A DNA stretch of 64,000 bases from Raillietiella orientalis (GCA_036172245.1 JAYWIR010000014.1:2542001-2606000), one strand, 5' to 3'; numbered from the stretch's first letter, positions 11,136 to 23,448 are shown. Made by a program: numbers and translations. Notes: generated by a model not told the origin, from the letters alone.

Positions 11136-13439
11136 CCTGCAAAGAGTGTCAGCGGAGAGAGGTCACAACTGTCCGACGGAGACGGAGGCTCCTCTCCGGG
11201 GTCGACCGATGACGCCCTGGTCTCTTGCGTCCGCCATGCCCTGCCCTCTCCCCATCCACAGCCAGCCGGAAGGGAGGGAAGCCATCGCCAAGGCGGGGGT
11301 GACGAACGGCGGGAGCGAAACGCCACGGGGGGCGCAACTGGGACGCAGCCAGGATGAGCAGCTCCTCCTGGAGGGAGGAGGCCGTTGCGACAGTGAACAC
11401 AGGAGACGAGATGACCGGGCGAGGCCAGGTGAAAGAGAAGCCAACGAAAATGCAGGACGGAAGGAACAGAGGGCAGAGTGACATCGGGCGGGGTCCACGG
11501 AAGCTCTTCATTCCCTCCCTTCCTTCCAGAGGCGAAATGGCCAGCGGAGGCGACTCAAACGGTGGCCGTGGAAGCCACGAGCGCGTCCCCCCTCCCCCTT
11601 TCCTCTCATCAGAGACCGGCTCGGAGGTGGCAAAAGCAGTGGGAATGCACGGAAGCTGCGGTGGGCAGAACGGCAAAGGGGAGAGCGGGTGGGATTGAGG
11701 GTCTCTGGCCCATAACAGGGACAGTTGCTGTTTGGAACGGAAGGGGCAAAGACGAAAAATATCATCAGGGGTGTGACTCGCCCCAAAGGGTCATTGACTC
11801 TCTCTGTCCGCCCTGGAGTGTTGCCTAAAAGGTGCGGGGGAGAGGAGAGGGGAAGGGAAGAGACGCTGACCACCCGCGCGGTGGCCACGGCGACTCTCTG
11901 CGCACCAACGTGATCTGTTTGGTCCCGGGGAGACCCTGAGAGTCCAGACTGGCCACGTCTCATAGGGGAGCCCGATCAAGGGAGTTCGGGTAAATCCACA
12001 TGCGTGCTCAAGAGCAGGGCGGAGAGCGCAAGAGATGTCTGCTTCCCACCTGGAAACTCTTCGGCTTCCGGTTCAGGAGGCGAAATGGGAGTAGGGGGAT
12101 GTCCCCCTTCCGAGCCTTCCCTCCTTCTCCCTCGCTTTCTTTTCCCGTACCCCGGTCCCACTCTGATCCGCTCCGCTACCTCCTGCTTCCTTCCTCACTC
12201 GCGAGGGGCATCGAGGGGAGGACACAGGCGAGAACCAGAAGGGGAAGGAGAGGCAGTGGCGGCCGGGGGGCTCTTCTGCACGGAAACGGAAGAAGAAAAC
12301 AAAGGGTAGGAGAGAAGATGGGAGCCGAGGTTGACAGAAGACCCGCGGTCTGTCTCGCGGCTGAAGAAACCCTCCCTTCCCCCTTCCTCGTTGCGAAGAA
12401 GGCGGTAGCAGTGCTGCGGACCAGTGCATCGCCACATCAGTCTGCAAGGGGGAAGAAGAGTGGACAGGGGAACGCCTCGGATGTTCCCGTCTCCGTCTCT
12501 GGAGCGAACCCCGAGGAGGGCGTCTCCTTTCCATTACAGAAGGGGGGGGCGGCGGAGAAGGAGGAATGAGGAGGCTCTGAGCTCATCTACGTCGAGGACT
12601 CCGCCCTTCTCTCTCACGTGAAAAGCTTCCGTCTCGACGGTTAGGGGAGGCGAAATTTCCCTTTCTGGGAAGGTCGGCAGTCCTTCGGGGAAGTGTCGGT
12701 CGTAGGCAACGGGAAAACTGCAACTTGCGTCTTCCCCTTCGGTACCCGCCTCCTGATCTTCGGTCCATCTCAGGGAACGCTCGCCTTCCCGTGCACGCTC
12801 GATCTTCTGCCGCCGAGCGCCTCTGAGACGGTCCGCGCGGAAGGGGCAGCTGCAGCTGCAAACCGCCACTCGCTTCCCTCCCTCCCTCTCCGGTCCCAGA
12901 GTTTTCCTCTTTTCCCAAAGCACCTTTCAGTGCGGGTTCCATCCTTCCAATCCCATTTCTCGGCGTTGGACGCCCGTCGATAGCGGCTGCTTCGGCTTGC
13001 GAGGACTCCCAACGCGGTCTCGTCTCCCGGATCGCCAACTCCCGCCCTGAAGCTCTCTTTGCCCGTATCGGGCGAAGGAGGTTGAAAAGCCAAACCTGCT
13101 CCTCGGCGGCTGTGCTCCTGCAAGTTCTGGTCCTCTAGATGAGCCAACACATCGGTCGGTCCACGCGAGACCGTGAGAGGCTCATGCGCGACGACGAACT
13201 CCTGCACCCGAACGATTGACATGCGTGGAGCATCCGCGGAGACGCCACTATCGACTCCCAGCAGGACTGTGACTGCCAAGCCTCTCCAGCAAGTTGTCTC
13301 GCACACGAGCGGAACCGAAGACATCAGCCCTCGGCCCGCTTGTCGCATTCGGTTACCGTCCCTTCGATCACCGAAGCAAGGAAACGGGCAGAAAAGATCG
13401 CTCTGTCAGTCGCTACCGAGGATGCGAATAGGTGGCAAC

Positions 13440-13498
13440 GGACGCATATATGCGTCCAACAAAAACTATGGGCGTGGACTAAGGACGCATATATGCGT
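13440..13498. repeat. Two copies of a palindromic motif (GGACGCATATATGCGTCC at 13440-13457; GGACGCATATATGCGT at 13483-13498)
   Basis: Seen directly: a perfect 18-bp palindrome and a 16-bp direct copy starting 43 bp later. Confidence 0.85.
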
Positions 13499-13959
13499 TT
13501 GGCCAATGTTTTTACCTTGTTCATGCGACTATCAATGTTTGTAGATGGACACATACACTTACTTTCTTATAATTACCTTAGCAACGACAGTAAGCAAAAT
13601 TCTATTTATATCGGCTAACTATTCTCGGCTTTTCAGAGAGTCGCTTCTCTGAAAAACCGAGAATGGAAATATTTTATTTAATGTGGCGTAAATAAACAAT
13701 TATAAAAGTAGCTTTCATCAGACTTTATAAGGTCAGTCGGCATCTCGATCAAGTACGCGGTACGCGGAAAAGCATTCCGCCCAGAGGGACTCGCGTGCCG
13801 TCAACACAGAACGTTTCAATCTGATGAGCTCCGCACCCAAAGGGTTAGATATCAGCCTCGCGTTGGGATAAGCCTGTCTGTCAGCAAAGGAGCGGTACGG
13901 GAAGTCCTTTCACACCGACCCTCATCGCGAGCGCTGGCTTCCAACGGGAACAAGTCCAA

Positions 13960-15430
13960 CCGCCTCTCGAAATACGCCCATACGAAGGGCTGTGCCTCCG
14001 TAGCTGTTGCTGGCATTAAGGTCCGCACTGTAATCTAAGAGGAGTCGCACTCACTACCTTCGGGGATGCGACGCCTCATGTAGCCGGTCTGTCCACCTTT
14101 CTCTTAACGCTGACGTCTGCCTCGCGAGGCGAAAGAAGCAGCAGCTCCGCCAGCCCGCCTCCCGAATTTGCGGAAGAAGCACGTAGCGCTGCCTTTCCAG
14201 GATTGCTCGCAGAATTTGCATCTGCGTTGAAATCCGAAAGAGGTTTCGTTAGTGTAAGGTTTTCGTGCATCTATTTGGAAGAGGGCAATCCTTTGCTTCC
14301 ACGTGGGCCTTCCAGTCCAGAAGATGCTTTGCTGACCCCATGGATGTTTTTCTGCAAGCCTTTTGGAGCGCGGTCGATGGATCTATCCATGATTCTGGAA
14401 TCGATGTCGGCTTTGGGATGAGCAATTACACACGAGCTAGAAAGTGCCGGAGTGGGCAAGGAAGGGATGGGGTGATTATCGAAAATCCAAGATTTTAGCT
14501 GAGAGAATGGGAAATTTCCCCGGGACGCAGTAGGTTCTTCGAACGGCGCGAAAGGTCCTATTGCAGTGCTCTTGGCACATTCTGTTCTGAAGAAATCCAG
14601 CAGCTTTCCGAATTTCGTTTACGTGATTGCAATACTTCCCGGGTTGCTAGGATACCTGCTGGAGTCGTCAGTTAATGGAGATTCATCGGAGGATGCGTTT
14701 ACTGATCGAAGTGTAAGATCTTCCTTTCAGAAATGGATCGATTCTAAGTAGATCTGGGAGCGCGTCCTCCCAGCATGCTGTTAAGAACGGACAACTCACC
14801 AGCACCTTCCATCAGAATACGCAGTGCGTGGGGGGAACCCCTGCACAAAGTTCATGTACCTCATGCTGTTTCTGTGGGAGGAAGAAAGCTAGGGAGGTCC
14901 CTGGTAAGCAGCCGAGATTCAGGACAAGTCTCAGAGGGGATCAGAAGTTTCAGGGAATCGAAATATCCATTGCGCGTAGCAAAGTGAAGAGCAGTTCTTC
15001 CAGGCATGTACTCGAAACAAATACCATTCTTGTAACGAGACGGAAATTTAAGGGCAGACCTACTCCTTTCTAGGCATTTAAGATCAGGAATAGTCGCATG
15101 GTTTGTACGAGCACTAACAAAAGCTGGGTTGTTTTTTTGCGGACCGGGGAAAGACGATAAGAGGAAGCTCTTATGCATCAATGTAGAACGCCCGAACTCA
15201 GTCACAAGGATGCATGTTTCACAACGATCTCCATGGAACCTTTCTCAGCAGCAATGAGCAGGGAACTACCCCCAATTCATCTGTAGCATGGACCAGATGC
15301 TCCTCTACCTAAAAGCAGTTTAACGATCTACTGCTTTTTCTGTAGTACCTCAAAAGTCAGCGGAGTGCATCCAGGATCGTTTGAGCATTCACATCAATCT
15401 GCCCCTCTATCGATGCCCCTTATCTGAAAC
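13960..15430 (-). pseudogene. Decayed multi-ankyrin-repeat gene (frameshifts and in-frame stops); may extend to about 15800
   Basis: Ankyrin-like fragments lie in shifting frames on the - strand: GCTPLTFEVLQKKQ*IVKLLLGRGA (~15373-15298), SSLLIAAEKGSMEIV (~15268-15223), GRTALHFATRNGYFDSLKLLI (~15002-14940), TALQKACRK..LLDWKAHVEAKD (~14374-14289), LSDFNADANSASNPGKAALRAS..LAELLL (~14240-14140) and RLLLDYSADLNASNSYGGTALRMG (~14047-13976). Confidence 0.75.
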
Positions 15431-18400
15431 AAACTCAGGTCGCGAGAGGTCTCACGAACACGTCCTTTTTCTTCACATTCTTCTGCAGCAGTGGTGCTTT
15501 TCTTCGAAATTGCAACCTTCGAAAAGCCGTTCCCTCCGAAGCTCCTTTCCTTTCCTTTTCTCTTGTTTGTTTCAAACGAGAAGCTGATATGGTCGCGAAG
15601 CTTCTGGAAACAGCAGCGACCCTACCGCATTACGTATCCCTCTGCACTTGGCCGACTCGAGGTGTTTTGCCCCGCATTCTAAAAATGGCAAGGCGTGCAA
15701 CCTGCTCCGGTGCTCTGGAAGTGGACGGAGAACCCTAAGGGAACTGGCTGTAGAAGAGGAAAGGCACCGATACTCTCTGGTTCGCATGGCACTTCTGATG
15801 CACTTGACCACTCTTCGCCACACGGCAGCTCGGCGGTCTCGTCGTTTCCAACACGGCAGAAGCACGCCCCCGTTGCGGCACACGGCGCGGGTGAGTGCCG
15901 AGCGCAACTGACGCGTGCGTTCGGCGTGCCTTGCGCGTGACGAACCCGCATCGATCCGAACGCGTCGGCAGGCGCCAAATCGCGCCGATCGCCGGTGCTT
16001 CTCACCTGACCAAGTACAGCAGAAGCTGTCTGCTGGGGATGGCAGCTTCTTCGGGATTTTCTCCAGCACTCCGGAAGGGAGGCAGACTGAGTGGTTTCTC
16101 CCCAGAGACATAGGAGGTCCCAACCTCTTCCAGTGTTACTGCCTCTTTGAATTTCTCCAAAGTTTCAGAATCCATTCTTCAGTCTGGAAGGAAGAAACCA
16201 TGTTAAGATGCGTACCAAATCCGCGCTTTCTTTCGCTTCTTTCTTTTCCGGTGCGCCAACGAATGATAGGATTTCGCGGTTTTCCTCTACTCAAAGGTTT
16301 TCAAGTCCCTGATGGCAGAGTTGATGAGGATGCTCGCCAAGATGGAAAAGACTGATTGCTCAGAGAAAACCCGACAGGAGGTACGGCCAGGCGCTCCAGC
16401 CGATACATAAGAACAGGGGGGTTCAAAGAGGCGGAAAAGAATCAGAAAATTACACGAGCATCGTCAGAAAACGCCTCTCTTCCCTTATCCTGAGTTCGAC
16501 ACTATTCCTTTTTAGCCAGGGTTCCATGAGAGCAGATCCTTGGCTTGCCTCTCCCAACCCATTCCGATCTCCGAGAGTTTTCACACACTCTAGAAGAGAA
16601 CTGCAGCAAGAAACGCTTTCCTCAGCAGTGAGGGAACGTGAGAGAGAATCCACTTGCATCATCCGGTAAGTTTCGTCTTTCCAGTCTTTCGAAATCTTTT
16701 GAAATGGGATTCGGTGGTGGCGTGCTCTGGTTCCTGATTTGCAAAGCAGTGACCCGTTGCCACGAAGTGCCCTCGAGTCCTCGAACACGCAACGCACCTG
16801 TTCCAGTGTGGATTCCTAATACATTAAAAGTGAACTGAGAATGTCATCTGAACACTGTTGGGAGAAATGGCGCGCCTCGGACAGAAATTCCAGTACAGAA
16901 GCAACTCAAAGTTCGACCCTGTCGATTCTAAGAAGGATCGTTCGCGGATGCTAACGGATGAACGCTGTTAAACAGAGAGATTTCAAACACTGGTGGATAC
17001 TAGAGATTCGATTCATCAGTGTATTGTGGAAGTGACCCTGAAGAGGGATGAATTCCGACAATTCTCCTGAAGATGTTGCACCAGATGCTCGCTGCTGCGA
17101 CCGAATGATGCCAAACAATGTGTAAAGAGAAACTCTTAGGACCTCTTAGGACCTCTACACAGATGAATAACTCTTTCATAAAAAAAAAAAATCCTTCTAC
17201 TCACTTGAGAGAGAACAAAGTCTGGAAGGAAAGACACTTGGATGTAAATGGAGGTGAAGAACTCTCGTCCCACCCTCCAACCAAGACAGGGTATATCTGT
17301 TCCCTTTAAAACCTGTAAATGGGAAAAGCGAAACTTTGATGATGCAATCGGATGGAGCAACTTTCGAGCCAGAGCTCACTCTAAAGAGTAGTCACGAAAA
17401 ACCCATCACCATCATCAATGTTATCATTATCATCATTTTTAACAAAGTTGTTCTTTCTAGTACTGCTCAAATGTTTCGTGGAAAGAAAAAAAACGATGAT
17501 TCGTTTTACCTCACGAACATCTCAAGGGTTCCATGCTTTCGATCTCCTTTTCGATGAGGATGAAGATGTTCTCAAAGTTGCATTCAAGAGTCATGAAGAC
17601 GTCTTCAACAGTTGCATCCAAGAGTTGTGCTCTGCTTCCCATTCGATACGTTTGGGACGCTCGAAGGGCGAGTGGATCCCCCCTCCCCATTCGTTCAGGC
17701 TTTCACAAGTGCGAAGTAAAACGATTCAAATCAGTTCTCTTCGTCGGTGGCAATGGTCTGTTGCTGGCACCTGTGAACCGGAGACATTCCCCTTCCCTGA
17801 ATGCTCTGGCATTGCCAATCCCTCCAGGACAGTGCATATGACAGTGTTCCGTTTCAGGAGCGATTGCCTCTGGCCCTTCGCCACGTGTTAGCCTTAATCT
17901 TAATCTTCTAGTAGCTTCTCTTGGCTAAGATCCAAGTGTAGATCATAGTAGAGCATCTTCTGACTGCCGAAGTCGTTCCGCGCACTCATCGTCTTCCTGT
18001 GACGCTTAGCAGGCTTGGAGGCTCGCTGCTCGGGCACCAAGAAGGCAGAGACGGCCAGTGAATCCCAGCGGGAAGAGGGAAAGCAAAGATCAAGAACCCT
18101 GGCAGATCGAGAAATGATACTTTGGGGCGAAATCTACTCAGCTGAACCTTGCACTCTAACCCGAGGCAGCTGCGGGAGCGTTTTCTGGACTCAGAGCCGA
18201 ACGAAGTTGGATCCAGAAATGGGAAACTCTGACAGTTACAGAGCTCAGCTTCTTATAGAGAAGGGGAGGAGCGAGAGGAGACACTTCCCTATTTTTTTCC
18301 CGAATTCTGGCCGAATTCGTCGGGCCAAGTCTTAGAGCACCTTCTGGGTGAATTCTCTGCACTGTACTCTAGTACTGTACCACCGTTCGTGTGGTCCACT

Positions 18401-21400
18401 TCCCCACTGGACCATCAACATGGAGAACCAAGGGAACTTGAGAACATCCTCCCGCAAGATCGCGGCGTGCGTTCCTGGGGGGCATCGAGTCGAGATGACC
18501 CCGCTCGGACACGGAGCGTGCCAGCAGCGGCAGATGGGATCAAAGCCGGAAGCGGAGCCAAAGGATGCGTGTTCAGAGGGGGTCACGGACCTCCTTTTCT
18601 TTTTCCCCTCTTCCCGTGGCGCGGATCCGCATAGAATGGATGCCCCACCCTCTGGAGGCGGCAGGAAGTGAGAGAAAAGAGGATGCGCTCTCCCACTGGG
18701 CGATGCCCACCACCAGGAAACCGTAGCTTCTGCTCCTGGATCTCCGAGAACGAAGAAAAGCGGAGCTGCACACGCGTGGGATGCTGCTGCCCGCTCGGGA
18801 GGGAGGAGCACGGCCTCCTCTTCCTGTTGCTGCTGCTGCTGTTGCGGCGGAGAGAGAACGAAGGACGTTGCTCAGCAAATCTCCTCGTCCCAAACAGTTC
18901 GAAGGGGAAGCGCTGCTGTCGACCCCCTTTCCATGCCTCCAGCAGCTTCAGCCTGCCCATCTCGTGGTGGTCGACCTGCCCGGGACTGCGGGATGTCTTC
19001 GCGGTTGCGGTTGAGCTGCAGGCTTCAAGGAGGACCCCGTGCGAGCTCTGCGACCCCTGGGTCTCCCATTCCCCCTCAGCGATCCGGGTTCGCGGGGAGC
19101 CGCGAGTTGCCACCAAAGGATCTCTGGAGTCCCGACTCCCAGGGAGCCGCAGTCGTTTCCCGAACCCGTGACCTATGGCTCCAGGCTCAGGGCCGGGTTG
19201 CCAGACAATGGAGGGTTTCCGTGATGTCCTCCGTCGACCTGCCATTCTATTTGGTGTGCGGGCAAACCGAAGCGACTCTGCTGCTTTCGATACTGTCCGA
19301 CCTTCCTCTCGAGAATGAAGGTGAGGAGGGGAGAGATGAATGCCCTCGGGTGCGTCCCGGACAAGGTCTTCTCTTTCCGCTCCAGGGTCAACACTCGTGT
19401 GGTCTCGTGTTGGCTCAGTGCGAGCTCCCGAGTGCAGGCGGGTTTACTGGAGGGAAGCGCCTCGGGGAGTCTAATCGAATCTCCCCGCTCCCCTTCCTGT
19501 CGGGCCCCTGCGCCTGCGGATCATGGTGGCAACGCATGCGCACCGGCAGGCACTCGCGATGTCCTCCGGATTCACGCTCGGAGGGAAGAAGGAGGTGTGC
19601 AAAGGAGTGAACTAGCGGGAATGCCTCCCTGTGCATCCCCACAGCCCATAGTCGGGGGAGGAGGGAGAGTCATGCAAGCCTCAAGGCTTCCGGGAAGTGA
19701 ACCAACCGTTCTGTCTAATCACCCTCTAGGGATGCTGCGCAGAAATCTCCCAGAAGCTTTCTCCGGGATGAGAAGACGTCTTTAATAATTGCACCCAAGA
19801 GTCAAGGAATGAGAAAAAAGATGAGAAGAAGGGACGGAAGGCACCCTGGGGTTGTTAGTGGTGGTTCTGACTCCAGCGGGCATAAAGCAAGCTGACCAGT
19901 GGCGGAGGCAGGAAGGGCGGCAGACTGGCACTCTGGGTGCGGTTTCGGAGAGTCACTTCCCTCTGCGAAACGAAGGGGAACGGACTTTCGCAGAGGAGAG
20001 CCAGGAACGTCTCTGTTCGGCAATCGGTGCGGGGGGGCAGGGATGGAAAGAATGGGAGAAAGAGGTGAAAGCAGAGTGATGGGCCTTTTCGGCTCCCTTG
20101 ATCGCTAAGGCGACGGCTGGTGGGGCAGGGAGGAAGAAGGGAGGAGAGAAGGAGGTGGAGAGGACGGAAAAGGAAAGTCGCAGGACACACTCGGGCGGCG
20201 AACTTTCCTGGAACGCCCCCTCCCCAGGTGACGGGAGTGTCCACGCCGTGGATAGGAGCCTTTGGAGGTTGCATGAGGACTTTCCCGGAACGAGGCTGTC
20301 TTGTTTTCCCGACGGTCACTGGCCGCGGCACGTGTGCGAGGCACGTCCGCGGGATGCACTGCAACCCCTTCTCCTCCTCTTCCTCCTCTTTCCTTCGGAA
20401 GATGGTTTCTTGATCTACTTCCACGCCGCTTCTTGGGTTGAACTGACTGGAATCCCTGCATCGCCACCGGCCGTTGAGGAGGCGAGCCAGAGCGAGAGGA
20501 AGATGGGAGTGCGCTATGGGTGCAGCGCGAAAGAAGAAACTCGGACGAGCTCAGAGACTGCCAAGGCGTAACAAGGGAAAGGTCGGAGCGGGCGCGGCTC
20601 TCCGCCGAGCCGCCAGCAGCGGCTGGCGGGAGTCATCGGGGAATTTCCGTGGATTTCGCGAGGTAAGGATCTTGGAAGCGAACGAGTGCGTCCCGTCTTC
20701 TCCTTCCCTCTCCGCTTCCCTTCCTTCTCTCTCTCCCCGCAAGAGAATGGAAAGTGCGCAACGCCCATTGTTCTCGAGAAAAAGAGTCGGCTCTCCTTTG
20801 AGGTGTCCTCTGGGTCCACTTTTGTCTCCCTCCTCGCCCGCGTGCAGCTGAGTCTCGCCTTGCACGAGCGCGGGGTTGCCGCAGCCGGTGACGGCAAGTG
20901 TTGTCGGAGAGGCGTGCGCGCTCAGCAAGAAAGTGGAATGTGACCCTTTCGAAACCGCCGCTCCGAGGTGGGCAGCGCCAGCCTCCCCCGCCTCGAGGAG
21001 AGAGGCGGCGGCGTCCCAGAGAAGCCTCGAGATACAAGGAACGCGCGCGCGAACTCCCTCCAGAGCTGCGGCTGACTTCCCTCCGCCGGGCCACGAGGAG
21101 CGCGCACGCGGCCGCACCCTTGGCCTCCACTCGTCCGGAGGAGTAGCGTGGAAACGCGTGCTCATCCCCGTCGCATCTCCGACCCTTAGAACGGACCCCA
21201 GCCGTGCGTGTGGACGCCCGCAAAAAGGGAATGGGGAAGGCGTGACCACGCCGCTGCTTCCAGCCCAGGACATGTAGCGGAAGACTGGCCCGAGGACGAG
21301 GCACGCGTTCTGCCCTCAGGGCTCTGCAGCTGGCGAACAGCTCGCTGTTTTGGTGGTCAAGAGCAACTCCTCCGCTCGGAAAAGATCGGGTTTCTTCCTC

Positions 21401-21868
21401 TCCCCCGTGGCACCGAAGGAAGTCCGGATGAAGGAGGGGGGTTTCTTGACCGCCGTCCCACTCTGCGAGGGACGGTCGGAGCGTGGATTAAGGAGCGGTG
21501 CTCACCGAGAGACTCGAAACACCAGGCCGCCTCCATGCCGCGCAGCCTGCCCCACGCCACGCAGCTAAGGGCGACCTGCGAGCAGGCGGGCCTGCGGTAG
21601 GAAACCCGGAGGCAGGGGGCCAACGCCCGGGATGTTCGCATAGGGCGGCGAGCGCTGGGAAGTGCGGTCTCTTGGGAGGAGCGCAATGCAGGGAGGGGGG
21701 GGGGGCGAGCGGTCCTCCTCGGACATGAGGGTAACGACACTTTCACTCTCGATCGCACGAGCTGACCGAGTCGCTCCTCCGCGCGCGCCAACTGGCCGCC
21801 CCGGGCGCCTCCTCGCAGAGGGGGAGCCCAGGGGCAGGCGACGCGGTCCCCCGCAAGCCCTTTCCTAC

Positions 21869-21985
21869 CTGCTCGCGAGCCCTCGACCAGAGACTCTGGG
21901 CAGCCGCCGCACTCGCAAAGGTCCTCAAGGTGCGGGAGGATTCTGCGGGGTGGAGCAGCACAATTGAATGCACTTCATTTGCAAT
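21869..21985 (-). other. Candidate alternative first exon of nocturnin, containing a 17-aa uORF (21978-21925)
   Basis: Begins at an Inr-like TCATTG and ends at a strong donor, CAG|GTAGGA (intron begins at 21868). It is on the same strand as nocturnin, but the link to the acceptor at 11137 is inferred. Confidence 0.4.
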
Positions 21986-22017
21986 GATTGTATAACACGG
22001 AGGAATCCACTTTTATA
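21982..22017 (-). promoter_or_regulatory. Candidate TATA + Inr core promoter
   Basis: TATAAAA at 22017-22011 and TCA(+1)TTG with the A at 21985, putting the TATA at -32. It lies in a small AT-rich island (about 21960-22260) inside GC-rich DNA. Confidence 0.45.
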
Positions 22018-22269
22018 GACCTTTGTAGCCTTTCCCGCTCTTTATTGTTGGTTAAAAAAAAAGGTATACTGTACATTCACAATTGTTCTAAAGTAGACCA
22101 TTTCTTTAAGGTCATGTGTCTCCAATGGGTGTAAAGGTTATTGATACCCCTTCTTGTATCTTGCTGACTATTTTTCTTTTGACTGCTTACTCAATGTCAT
22201 CATTATGAAATCCTTTTGTCGTCATCTTTCGGGCCCGATTCTCGTAATTAATTGTAATTACGGCGGTTG

Positions 22270-22424
22270 CAGAGACAGAAAGGAGGAGGAGGAATGGAGA
22301 GGGAAGATTGAAGGAAAGGAGGAAGAGAGGAAGGGAGGAGGAGGAAAAGGAAAAGGGGAAGAGAGGAAAGGAGGAACTCCTGTTCCTCTTCTCCTCCTAA
22401 AGAGGAGGAGGAGGAACAGGAGTT
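22270..22424. repeat. GA-rich polypurine tract ending in a hairpin (22375-22424)
   Basis: aactcctgttcctc...gaggaacaggagtt forms a perfect 14-bp outer stem, extended by imperfect ctcctcct/aggaggag pairing. Confidence 0.7.
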
Positions 22425-23326
22425 TGCTTCTTCGGAAGCCGAGATCAGTAAACAAGAAGCGTTTTCTCCGCGACGAAAAAGAAAAGGAAAATCGAAAGGG
22501 GAGGAAAACATGGACGTTCGGGAAACGAGTGGACCTCCTGACCCCATACAAGCTTGCATTAGGGATGGCACGGGGCTCCCTTGGACGCAACGTCGGGACT
22601 CGATTGAATGCGCTGGAGCGTGCCAGCACACGTGCGCTCGGGCTCGCATGGGTGTAGCGGACGTGCCGGTTTTCTCTCGAGATATGGTCAGAAGTCAGTC
22701 TCCCCTTTTTCCTCCAGCTTCCCTGGGGGAGAGTTCTGCTGTCTGCCTCATCCTCGTGCCTCATCTTCCCCTGGTCCTCCGCCACTGCCGAATCCTCAGG
22801 TGACACCGGCTTGAAGCCGGGGCGGCGCGGTAGCGGGAACCTCCGCCTCGTTCCCTTCCGGGGATGTCGCCGCCGGGCAGGCCCCACCTCCCTCCTCCGG
22901 CAGCCGCCGCAGGGGTGGGCACATGCGCGCGAGTCGCCTTCGCGCGAGTGCACGCGCGCGCGCCGGAGGGGTCTCGTCCTTCGGAAGGACTCCAGTCCGG
23001 GCGAGGCCTCGCCGTCGTGTCCGCGCGCGCACGATGTGGGCCAGGACGCTCGTCCGCCGGGAAGGCCTGCCTGGGGAGAGCAGGGAAAAGGCGCGGCTCT
23101 CGACTCTCGGCTTTGCGTAACGCGCGGCGTCGGCGGTGGCGGCAGCAGCCGGGCGTTCTTCGCCGCCGCCCGCGACTCTCCTGAAGGGCAGCGCGCACGC
23201 GCGCGGGGGGGGCATCCGACAGATCTGATACTGCCGCCAAGGGCTAACGCAGGGCGGTGGCCGCGTGCGGAGGGGTGGTTCGTGCCTGCGTCCGAAGGCT
23301 GCGTCTCTGCCCTGCATCCTCCCTGC

Positions 23327-23448
23327 CGGGCTTTCTGGGTCGAGCGGAGGAGCAGCAAGGAACGCGAACGACACGACTTCTCCCTCTCCAAGCGAGCGAG
23401 CGCCTCGCTCGGCGGGGGGAATTTTGCAAGAATTTCGACATCTTCCAT
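23327..23448 (-). CDS. Candidate distal coding first exon of nocturnin (MEDVEILAKFPPPSEALARLEREKSCRSRSLLLLRSTQKA-R)
   Basis: The ATG follows an AT-rich patch. The peptide resembles, from memory and unverified, the E-V-L-x-x-F-P...L...RS-x-L-x-x-R leader that precedes MGSF in one insect nocturnin isoform. The phase-2 donors needed to join G|ATG at 11136 exist: CG|GCAGGG at 23326 or GC|GTTAGC at 23248. Confidence 0.5.

Noticed and set aside
13701..13738. Plus-strand TATAAAA and TCAGTC (TATA/Inr-like)
   Set aside because: The spacing (-34) is off-consensus and no downstream + strand exon or ORF was found.
13810..13900. CTGATGAG, resembling a hammerhead ribozyme core or C-box
   Set aside because: No stem II followed by GAAA, and no properly placed D box with a terminal stem.
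22258..23326. Remainder of the 396-aa ORF 22258-23448
   Set aside because: After the first ~41 codons it is low-complexity GC/GA-derived sequence; treated as intron.
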